Shown piece after piece: positions 1 to 11,175 of a stretch of 64,000 nt of DNA (the stretch's first letter is position 1; each line of letters begins with the position of its first letter). Made by a program: the position numbers and the translations under genes. Below the pieces are notes generated by a model that made no database searches, had not been told where the DNA came from, and saw only the letters and a list, made by a program, of their open reading frames with translations. The stretch covers positions 3,718 through 67,717 of the forward strand of contig NW_021836300.1 of NCBI RefSeq assembly GCF_006345805.1. Direction: 5' to 3'. The DNA is from Octopus sinensis (taxonomy: Eukaryota).

Positions 1-1460
1 AAGAATTTAGCATGCAGGCTACGGGCCACAGCGGAAGAGCTCACAACTGAGGGACTTCTGTGGGAACTTCTTTTTCCTTGTAATCAGGTCCTTATGACTG
101 AATGTGTTGAAGAATTGGAGGAAGAATTTCAAAGACAAAAGTAAGGTTTAGAATTGAGAAACCTCAAAATAAGGTGAAAGGTTTTAGTCAGAGTGAAGGA
201 AGAGAAGATTCTTATTCCTTTATTGCCCACAAGGGGCTAAATAGAGAGGGGACAAACAAGGACAGACAAAGGGATTAAGTCGATTACATCGACCCCAGTG
301 CGTAACTGGTACTTAATTTATCGACCCCGAAAGGATGAAAGGCAAAATTGACCTCGGCGGAGTTTGAAGTCAGAATGTAACGGCAGATGAAATGCCTATT
401 TCTTTACTACCCACAAGGGGCTAAACACAGAGGGGACACACAGGGACAGAAAAACAGATTAAGTCGATTACATCGACCCCAGTACGTAACTGGTACTTAA
501 TTTATCGATCCCGAAAGGATGAAAGGCAAAGTCGACCTCGGCGGAATTTGAACTCAGAACGTAACGGCAGAAGAAATACCTTTAAGCACTTCGCCCAGCA
601 TGCTAATGTTTCTGCTAGCTTGCCGCCTTTCCACCAACCCTAATCCTGTCAATCCAACACCTTACCATTAACTATAATAACCCTTTATACTGTAGGCACA
701 AGGGCTGAAATTTTTTGGGAATGGACCAATTGATTGCATTGACCCCCCACAAGTACTCAACTGGTACTTAATTTATGAACCCCGAAAGGATGAATGGCAA
801 AGTCGACCTCGGCGGAATTTGAACTCAGAATGTAACGGCAGACGAAATACCGTTAAGCACTTCGCCCGGCTTGCTAATGTTTCTGCCAGCTCGTCAGCAG
901 AGAAGATTTTCGCTGGCGAGCAGGAAGGGGCCATGCTCAATATGCAGAAAGTGAAAAGGCAGCAACCGGATAGCCAAAATAAACTATGGGTGCACAGAAG
1001 GAGCAACAGAATGAAAAGCAGGTTGATAAAAAAGAAAGATTTTGTATGAAACAAGTGCAGAGGAGTAGTTAAAAGTAAGAGGTGTTACCTCAGTTGGCAA
1101 CGAAGAGATACTCTGTTTGAACGAAAGAGCAGACTGTACGATGCTTGTGTACGAGGTGCAACATTGCATGTTAGAAAATCATGAGCATTGAATGGAGAAA
1201 TATAGTATTAGCGTGCATGAACGATGGAGCAGTCACGAGTTAAGCCAGAAGAGATATAGGTACGAAAGGATTCAAATGTGATGTGCGAGACGAGAGGAGT
1301 TTGCACTGTTGTAAAGATGCGATGCACTTGGAGGTTGAGGGTTGAGGACAGAAGTTCCATGGAGAAGGAACCAGCGGAAAAGGAAGAGACAGAAAGAAGT
1401 CGGAAGAGGCAAAGATAACAGAAAGATCACAAGTGGCGGAGATGTCATGCTCATCCCATA
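1..1460 (+). mobile_element. Decayed RTE-type LINE ORF remnant interrupted by SINEs
   Basis: 1-144 translates to ...TEGLLWELLFPCNQVLMTECVEELEEEFQ, resembling the WELLYADDL RT motif from memory. About 1105-1185 gives KSRLYDACVR..LH, typical of the RTE C-terminal region. Stops present. Confidence 0.5.
212..895 (-). mobile_element. Tandem copies of tRNA-derived SINE family B (core CTTTCATCCTTTCGGGGTCGATAAATTAAGTACCAG)
   Basis: Repeated blocks near-identical to copies at 8476-8708, 14050-14850, 18220-18930, 39590-40650 and 56795-57025. The head has A/B-box-like GGCAGAATCGTTAG and GAGTTCAAATTCC. Confidence 0.8.
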
Positions 1461-1909
1461 CGAGCAAATAAAATCTGATGTGAAAATGTTGACGATGGTG
1501 ATAATGAAGATGATAACGATGATAGTTTGACCTATGGAAATAAATAAAAAATTTAGTGACTTGTAACATGTATGCATGTAAACAAACATAAACATTTATA
1601 TATATATATAAAACACAGAAGAAAATACAGTAATCTCTCAACTATTGAAGGTGTGATGTTTCAAATCACCCCTGCGATAGGTGAAAATCCACAAAGTAGA
1701 AACAGTACTGTACTGTATATTTTTTAAAATTATTTTTATAATTTGTATATATTTTTTTACGGAGATGTACTTGCATAGCAAGTGACCTGATCTGAGATCG
1801 TGTGCTGGAACGAAAACAGTTGCAGCGTGGAAGGTGCTTATAAGCCATTTAAGAAACATACAAAATCCGTTAGATTCACTTCAACATTAAAATTTAATTT
1901 GCCATTATA

Positions 1910-2424
1910 TCTATATATATATAAAACTCTAGTTGTGTGAGTGTCTGTCCCCTTCGATTTAGATTCCTAACTACTCCGACATTTTGCGATGCAGTTTAAC
2001 CAAAACCGGGTATCTTATAGTCGTGATTAATATCGAGCCCTTCTGGCTATTAGCGTGCGTCTACGATGAGTCTACGAATTTAAAAATAATTTAACATCAT
2101 TTTTTATTCCATTTTAATGCATAATTTTTCGTGTGTCGATGGCGGCGGAGTTGGCGTCCATGGTCACACCTGCACCTGTTTGCTTCTCCCCCTTCTTCCC
2201 TCCCTCGTGCAGCTGTGGGGAAGGGAGTGTAAGGAAATCAACGTCGTAAAGTGTTGTCAAGGAGACCAGCGTTCTTTTAGAACAATGACTTCATGGCTTG
2301 AAGACACCAAAACAGAAATGGCTAAGAAAGCCCGAATTGGCATCTATAAGGGAAGTAACTCTCTAAAAATGCTTATATAGTTATTTCCCTTACAAACCCG
2401 AGCAACGCCGGGCGATACTGCTAG
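1910..2424 (+). mobile_element. Non-autonomous Helitron
   Basis: A|TC start, CTAG|T end, subterminal hairpin CCCGAGCAACGCCGGG. Near-identical copy at 9329-9841. Confidence 0.85.
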
Positions 2425-2484
2425 TAATTATATAATTATATAATTATATAATTATATAATGTAGTCAGAGATACTTTATGACCT

Positions 2485-4605
2485 AACTTAAAACAGGATC
2501 TTATGGCTGGAACATCTTTGATCATTGATCTGTTCTGACCTTGGGCTAAACAACAAGGCAGGATACCTTAGATAATGAAATCTCAGATACACTATGTATG
2601 GATAAAAGACAGGATGGTCACAGCTGGAACTTCTTTGATCATAGGTCTCCTGGAACAGGACTGACCTGGGGCTAAACAACAACAAAAAAGAAGAGCACAT
2701 TAGATAATGTAGTCCTAGATAGACTATGTCTATATAAAAGGCAGGATGGTCACAGTTGGAACTTCTTTGATCATAGGTCTCCTGGAACAGGACTGACCTG
2801 GGGCTAAACAACAACAACAAAGAAGAGCACATTAGATAATGTAGTCCTAGATAGACTATGTCTATATAAAAGGCAGGATGGTCACAGCTGGAATGCCTTT
2901 GATCATAGGTCTCCTGGAACAGGACTGACCTGGGGCTAAACAACAGCAACAACAAAGAAGAGCACATTAGATAATGTAGTCCTAGATAGACTATGTCTAT
3001 ATAAAAGGCAGGATGGTCACAGCTGCAACTTCTTTGATCATAGGTCTCCTGGAACAGGACTGACCTGGGGCTAAACAACAACAACAAAGAAGAGCACATT
3101 AGATAATGTAGTCCTAGATAGACTATGTCTATATAAAAGGCAGGATGGTCACAGCTGCAACTTCTTTGATCATAGGTCTCCTGGAACAGGACTGACCTGG
3201 GGCTAAACAACAACAACAAAGAAGAGCACATTAGATAATGTAGTCCTAGATAGACTATGTCTATATAAAAGGCAGGATGGTCACAGTTGGAATGCCTTTG
3301 ATCATAGGTCTCCTGGAACAGGACACTGACCTGGGGCTAAACAACAGCAACAACAAAGAAGAGCACATTAGATAATGTTGTCCTAGATAGACTATGTCTA
3401 TATAAAAGGCAGGATGGTCACAGCTGCAACTTCTTTGATCATAGGTCTCCTGGAACAGGACTGACCTGGGGCTAAACAACAACAACAACAAAGAAGAGCC
3501 CATTAGATAATGAAGTCATGGATAGACTATGTCCAAAGAAAAGGCAGGATGGTCACAGTTGGAATGCCTTTGATTATAGGTCTCCTGGAACAGGACTGAC
3601 CTGGGGCTAAACAACAACAACAAAGAAGAGCACATTAGATAATGTAGTCCTAGATAGACTATGTCTATATAAAAGGCAGGATGGTCACAGTTGGAATGCC
3701 TTTGATCATAGGTCTCCTGGAACAGGACACTGACCTGGGGCTAAACAACAGCAACAACAAAGAAGAGCACATTAGATAATGTTGTCCTAGATAGACTATG
3801 TCCAAAGAAAAGGCAGGATGGTCACAGTTGGAATGCCTTTGATCATAGGACTCCTGGAACAGGACTGACCTGGGGCTAAACAGCAACAACAAAGAAGAGC
3901 ACATTAGATAATGTAGTCCTAGATAGACTATGTCTATATAAAAGGCAGGATGGTCACAGTTGGAACTTCTTTGATCATAGGTCTCCTGGAACAGGACACT
4001 GACCTGGGGCTAAACAACAGCAACAACAAAGAAGAGCACATTAGATAATGTAGTCCTAGATAGACTATGTCTATATAAAAGGCAGGATGGTCACAGCTGC
4101 AACTTCTTTGATCATAGGTCTCCTGGAACAGGACTGACCTGGGGCTAAACAACAGCAACAACAAAGAAGAGCCCATTAGATAATGTAGTCCTGGATAGAC
4201 TATGTCCAAAGAAAAGGCAGGATGGTCACAGTTGGAATGCCTTTGATCATAGGTCTCCTGGAACAGGACACTGACCTGGGGCTAAACAACAGCAACAACA
4301 AAGAAGAGCACATTAGATAATGTAGTCCTAGATAGACTATGTCTATATAAAAGGCAGGGTGGTCACAGCTGGAACTTCTTTGATCATAGGTCTCCTGGAA
4401 CAGGACTGACCTGGGGCTAAACAACAACAAAGAAGAGCACATTAGATAATGTAGTCCTAGATAGACTATGTCTATATAAAAGGCAGGATGGTCACAGTTG
4501 GAATGCCTTTGATCATAGGTCTCCTGGAACAGGACTGACCTGGGGCTAAACAACAACAACAAACAAGAGCACATTAGATAATGTAGTCCTGGATAGACTA
4601 TGTCT
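2485..4605. repeat. Minisatellite, about 130-bp unit, about 16 copies, with internal variable (AAC)n
   Basis: Unit TAGATAATGTAGTCCTAGATAGACTATGTCTATATAAAAGGCAGGATGGTCACAG...GGGGCTAAAC(AAC)nAAAGAAGAGCACAT repeats directly. Confidence 0.95.
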
Positions 4606-4611
4606 GCTTAC

Positions 4612-4763
4612 CTTTGATATTCAGTTGATACCTTTCCAAAGGTGTGTCTGTGATGTCATCGTTCCGTCGACAGGTATATAAACCAACATCTTTGTAGTCC
4701 ACATCGTGGATGACCAATTCCCATCCTCGAATATCATGTCGGTTGTCTGGGAAGATGTCTTTG
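4612..4763 (-). CDS. Exon encoding C-terminal half of Ig-like (I-set type) domain
   Basis: [35 protein letters not shown] has the Ig L-x-I...D-x-G-x-Y-x-C motif. Acceptor ttcttcag in phase 2 matches the preceding exon; donor gtaagc in phase 1; 152 nt. Confidence 0.9.
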
Positions 4764-5282
4764 CTGAAGAACAGAGAGAGAGAGAGAAAGGAGGAGGGAT
4801 AGAACAAGGTATAAACCACATTTTAAGGTGCATAAGGAACCCCTTTTTTTGCCAAAAATTAGGTTAAAAGAATATACTCTTTACTCTTTTACTTGTTTCA
4901 GTCATTTGACTGCGGCCGTGCTGGAGCACCGCCTTTAATCGAGCAACTCGACCCCGGGACTTATTCTTTTGTAAGCCCAGTACTTATTCTATCGGTCTCC
5001 TTTGTCGAACCGCTAAGTAACGGGGACATAAACACACCAGCATCGGTTGTCAAGCAATGCTGGGGGAACAAACACACACAGACACACAAACATATATATA
5101 TATTATATACACATATATACGATGGGCTTCTTTCAGTTTCCGTCTACCAAATCCACTCACAAGGCTTTGGTTGGCCCGAGGCTATAGTAGAAGACACTTG
5201 CCCAAGGTGCCACGCAGTGGGACTGAACCCGGAACCATGTGGTTGATAAGCAAGCTACTTACCACACAGCTACTCCTGCCCC

Positions 5283-5322
<40 letters not shown>

Positions 5323-7718
5323 ATATATACATATATACGACGGGCTTCTTTCAGTTTCCATCTACCAAATCCACTCACAAGGCTTTGGTCAGCCCGAGGC
5401 TATAGTAGAAGACACTTGCCCAAGGTGCTACGCAGTGGAACTGAACCCGGAACCATGTGGTTGGGCAGCAAGCTACTTAGCACACAGCCACTCCTGCGCC
5501 TATGGGAGTTTCTTATACATGGATAGTATTATAATCCCTTAAATAAATAATAAATGTGCCTTTTTAAAGCCTAGCCAGGCTCATGGGCCCGGTTTCCCGG
5601 TTTCTATGGCGTATGTGTTCCCCAGATGGACGGGACGCCAGTCCATCGCAGCGTTACTCATTTTTGCCAGCTGAGTGAACTGGAGCAATGTGAAATGAAG
5701 TGTTTTGCTCAAGAACACAACACGTCGCCCGGTCCAGGAATCGAAACCACAATCTTACGATCATGATGCTGACACCCTAACCACTAAGCCATGCACCTCC
5801 ACTTTATAATCCTTTAGAAAACCGTTTTTCCAAAATTTTAACCTCACAAAATTGGTGGGGCTTCCATATACACGAGGGTTTTTTATACATGTTAAAATAC
5901 AGTAATTATTATTTTCGTTATGTACCTATGTGTATTTAGCAATTAAGTGGTTCGTTAAAAGGAGAGACAAGGCAAAAGAGGGGAGGGGGTAAAACGAAGT
6001 ACAATGCTATTCTGCTTATGTTACCTATCAATGTTATTTCTTTATTGCCCACAAGGGGCTAAACACAGAAGGGACAAACAAGGACAAAGGGATTAAGTTG
6101 ATTACATCGACCCCAGTGCGTAACTGGTACTTATTTAATCAATGGCACTGACAGCTGGAAGGGTGTCCACTACAAGTGTCCACCTTAAAAGTGACCACTC
6201 ACCCATTATGACTCCATGTGACAGAATATCCGACGGCTTCTCCGCACTGCAAGACCACCTTCTTCTTGAGATCGACTCCAAGCTTTATGATGTTGTTGGT
6301 CGGGGTCACAGTAAGGAACGGGGGCAGAGTGAAAACAGTCGGGGGCCGCATCTCGGGCCCGGATTTCACTCGGCAGGATGCCAAGCATTCCAGTTCAGTG
6401 TGGAACCGGTTGCCGTTGCCGCCGCAGCCAGAGTAGAAGAACTGGTCGCACTGTTCCTTGACGTGGTCATAGTACCACATTCGACGGATGTCCTGACACG
6501 AGCCCGTCGTTGCCGGCAACTTGCATTTCATTGGCTGTTTGACGGAGATTGCTGTAATTAATGGTAATGAGACAGATGTATAGATAATGGTAGTGGTGTT
6601 GGTGGCGACGGCAGTGGTGGTGGGGGCGATGATAGCGGTGGAGGCAGTGGTGATGGTGTGATAATAATGGTGGGGTGATGACTGTGGTGGAGGTGGTGAT
6701 GGTGGGGTGGTGGAGGCAATGGTAGTGGTGATGATGATGGTGGTGTGATAATAATGGTGGTGCTGGTGCAGTGATGATGGCGGTGGAGGTTCAATGATGG
6801 TGGTGGTGGTGATGTGATGGTGGTGGTTGGAGTTATGCAACAACAGCAGTGGTAATGGAGGTCAGTGCATTGGTGGTGGTGGTGGTGGTGGTGGTGGTGG
6901 TGGTGGTGGTGGTGGTGGTGGTGGTGGTGGTGGTGGTGGTGGTGGTGGTGGTGGTAGTGGTGGTGGTTGTTGCATTGTCAGAAGTGATATGATAGTCATC
7001 ACTGCATGCTCACAACAGTGGTGGTGGCCATCATAATGGTAGTGGGATAAGTCTGATGGAAGAATGAAGGCATAAAAACAAGCAAATGAAAAACGATTGA
7101 AAATGATTGAAAAATTTGAAAAAAGAATTAAAAATTTGAAAAATGAATAAAAAAAACTGAAAAAGGAATGAAAAATGATTGCAAAATGAATGAAAAACGA
7201 TTGAAAATGATTGAAAAATTGAAAAAAAAAAAAACTGAAAAATGAATGAAAACCTATTGAAAAATGAATGAAAAATTTGAAAAAAGAATTAAAAAAACTG
7301 AAAAATGAATGAAAACTTATTGAAAAATGAATGAAAAACGATTGAAAAATGAATGAAAAAACTGAAAACTGAATGAAAAACAATTGAAAATCTGCTGCAC
7401 ACTTACGTCCTGGGATTACTGGACCTGTATGGTTTCTTGGAGTTGTAGCATTTGGGCCACACAAATTATAACAAGCTCCCATGGTAGGGAAACGGTTGGC
7501 ATTACCACCACACCCTCCATACACAAACTTCCGGCATTTCTTCATGTTCGAGTCGTAGAAATAGGCAGTGCTGTATGCATAGCAGATTCCAGAATCTTCC
7601 GGAAGGCGGCAGATATCTGTAGAAAAGACCATTGTAAATTTTTTTTGTGTAAATTTGAACTACACACACACACACACATACACACAAGAAGATGGAAGAT
7701 GGAAAATAGCTGTAATAT

Positions 7719-7752
<34 letters not shown>

Positions 7753-10700
7753 AATTATTGTATACAGTGCTGAGGTGCACCACAACTTGTCAGAAAGTGC
7801 ATATAAAGCATATGCAGTAATGTACAAATGTCTGGGAAGTGAACAATGTATGAGTCAGATACATGCTGGTGTGTGTATGGAGGGGAGAAAATCAGGTGTA
7901 GTGTTGGCGAATCTCAGGAAGCATGGAAGTTTTGAAGGATGCAGTGCTCCGACAACTAACAACTAATGCCGGCAGTTTGTTCCATGCTTCAGCGTGTGTA
8001 TGGAGGGGAGAAAATCAGGTGTAGTGTTGGCGAATCTCAGGAAGCATGGAAGTTTTGAAGGATGCAGTGCTCCGACAATTAACAACTGATGCCGGCAGTT
8101 TGTTCCATGCTTCAGCAACTCTTAGCATGAAAAAATGTTTCCTCAAGTCATGGGAGCTGTGTTGTTTTCTGACTTTGTAAATATGTCCACAGGTGTTAGA
8201 TGGGTGGAGTTTGAAGAGATGCTCAGAGTTATTGTTTGTGTGATGGTTGATAATTTTATGGGTGTCTGCCAAGTCAGCTGCCAGACGTCGGAGTTTCAAT
8301 GTGTCCATGCCCCGGGAAGTAAGGCGTTCAGGATATGGCAAATGCCTGATGAAGGGTATTCTTTTGGTTGCGCTGTATCTGCTGTAAATTGTATAACTGT
8401 GCTAACCCCTGCACCAAAGTGACATTACAGCTTTAACCATCCATATAGGCGTAGGAGTGGCTGTGTGGTAAGTAGTGGGCGGCGAGCTGGCAGAATCGTT
8501 AGCATGCCGGATGAAATGTGTAGCCGTATTTCGTCTGCCGTTACGTTCTGAGTTCAAATTCCGCCAAGGTTGACTTTGCCTTACATCCTTTCGGGGTCGA
8601 TAAATTAAGTACCAGTTACGCACTGGGGTCGATGTAATCGACTTAATCCCTTTGTCTGTCCTTGTTTGTCCCCTCTGTGTTTAGCCCCTTGTGGGTAGTA
8701 AAGAAATATGTGTGGTAAGTAGCTTGCTTACCAACAACATGGTTCTGGGTTCAGTCCCACTGCGTGGCACCTTGGGCAAGTGTCTTCTACTATAGCCTCG
8801 GGCCGACCAAAGCCTTGTGCATGGATTTGGTAGATGGAAACTGAAAGAAGTCCGTCGTATATATGTATATATATATATATGTGTGTGCGTGTATGTTTGT
8901 GTGTCTGTGTTTGTTCCCCTAGCATTGCTTGACAACCGATGCTGGTGTGTTTATGTCCCCGTCACTTAGCGGTTCGGCAAAAGAGACCGATAGAATAAGT
9001 ATTGGGGTTACAAAAGAATACGTCCCGGGGCCGAGTTGCTCGATTAAAGGTGGTGCTCCAGCATGGCCGTAGTCAAATGACTGAAACAAGTAAAAGAGAA
9101 AAGAGAGAGAGAGATGTCAACTCACCCTTCTTGTTGCACGTGGCTTCACACTCGTGCTTCATCCTGAACCTGTTCTTGTTGCCTTCACAGCCTCCGTAGA
9201 GAAATTTCATGCATTGACCAACCGACATATCGTAATACCATGACGGAATTGCGCCCTTGCAGGAGCCAATCTTCTTGGCGAAATGGCACACATCTTTAGC
9301 GGATTCTCCTGAAATGAAATTCATGAAATCTATATATATAAAACTGTAGTTGTGTGAGTGTCTGTCCCCTTCGATTTAGATTCCTAACTACTCCCACATT
9401 TTGCGGTGCAGTTTAACCAAATTCGGGTATCTTATAGTCGTGATTCATATCGAGCCCGTCTGGCTATTAGCGCGCGTCTACGATGAGTCTACGACTTTAA
9501 AAATAATTTTACATAATTTTTTATTCCATTTTAATGCATAATTTTTCGTGTGTCGATGGCGGCGGAGTTGGCGTCCATGGTCACACCTGCACCTGTTTGC
9601 TTCTCCCCCTTCTTCCCTCCCTCGTGAAGCTGTGGGGAAGGGAGTGTAAGGAAATCAACGTCGTAAAGCGTTGTCAAGGAGACCAGCGTTCTTTTAGAAC
9701 AACGACATCATGGCTTGAAGACACCAAAACAGAAATGGCTAAGAAAGCCCGAATTGGCATCTATAAGGGAAGTAACTCTCTAAAAATGCTTATATAGTTA
9801 TTTCCTTTACAAACCTGAGCAACGCCGGGTGATACTGCTAGTAAAGTATAGAAGTGTAGCCAGCCGTGGAATGAGATGATCAATGCAGCTATTTGGATGC
9901 TGAAAACAGAGAATATATTGAAGCTTTCTACCCCTATAACTTCTGTTTAAAGTACCCAGGGACTAGGTGGTCTTGTTTAATCAGGGAATAGATTTTACCT
10001 CTCTACTCAAGCAGACTCTGCTAAAAGCACCCAGGAACTAGATGGCTTTGATAAAATAGGGAATATATTAAGGCTCCCTACCCTTGTAGCCTCTGTTCAA
10101 AGTACCCAGGAACTAGATGGCTTTGATAAAACAGGGAACAAATTAAGGCTCCTTACTCGTGTAGCCTCTGTTCAAAGCACCCAGGAACTAGATGGCTTTG
10201 ATAAAACAGGGAACAAATTAAGGCTCCTTACCCGTGTAGCTTCTGTTCAAAGTACCCAGGAACTAGATGGCTTTGATAAAACAGGGAACAAATTAAGGCT
10301 CCTTACCCGTGTAGCTTCTGTTCAAAGTACCCAGGAACTAGATGGCTTTGATAAAACAGGGAACAAATTAAGGCTCCTTACCCGTGTAGCTTCTGTTCAA
10401 AGTACCCAGGAACTAGATGGCTTTGATAAAACAGGGAACAAATTAAGGCTCCTTACCCGTGTAGCTTCTGTTCAAAGCACCCAGGAACTAGATGGCTTTG
10501 ATAAAACAGGGATTATATTAAGGCTCCCTAGTCTTGTAGCTTCTGTTCAAAGCACTCAGGGACTAGGTGGTCTTGTTAAACTAGGCCTCATATTAAGCCC
10601 ATTGATCTAGGGGACTTAGCTAAATCTATCCAAAGACCACAAAGTGCTGGAATGAAGCCGAGGATCAGGCTAAGTTCACCACAGAATATTTATGGAAGAT

Positions 10701-11127
10701 ATTTTTTTTTCTGCCTTTAACCCTCCAACATGGAGTATAGGCCACTTATAATTGAATTCTATGTCACATAATTTTTCGCTTCTGTACTTATACTCTGCCA
10801 TGAATGTCCCCCTGTCTCTAGTTCCTTTTGTGTTGATCTCCACCACGAGTTCCTAGGCCTACCTCTCTTTCTATATTCATCCGGTTTCCACTGTCTCTTT
10901 TTCATCTCTTTGACTTGTTTCAGTCATTTGACAGTGGCCATGCTGGAGCACCGCCTTTTGGTTGAGCAAATCGACCCCAGGACTTATTCTTTGTAAGCCT
11001 AGTACTCATCCTATCGGTCTCTTTTGCCGAACCGCTAAGTAACGGGGACGTAAACACACCAGCATCGGTTGTCAAGCGATGTTTGGGAGACAAACACAGA
11101 CACACAAACACACACACACACATATAT

Positions 11128-11175
<48 letters not shown>

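Noticed and set aside
2488-4574. Minus-strand ORFs with a repeating 43-44-aa peptide (MCSSLLLLFSPRSVLFQETYDQR...)
   Set aside because: Translations of the 130-bp minisatellite; unit-length variants shift the frame and there is no domain signature.
2485-4605. Regularly spaced repeats that could be taken for a CRISPR array (also 9930-10580 and 54727-55680)
   Set aside because: No unique spacers, whole units repeat, no cas genes, and the context is eukaryotic introns.
6552-6843. His/Thr/Pro-rich in-frame extension upstream of K14 (ORF 6199-6843)
   Set aside because: Reverse complement of a GGT microsatellite. The CAG acceptors checked (exon starts 6762 and 6681) are phase 0, not phase 1, and a good acceptor exists at 6552-6553.
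6862-7406. Phe-rich and poly-Pro continuation of the K13 ORF
   Set aside because: Read-through past a consensus gtaagt donor into simple repeats.
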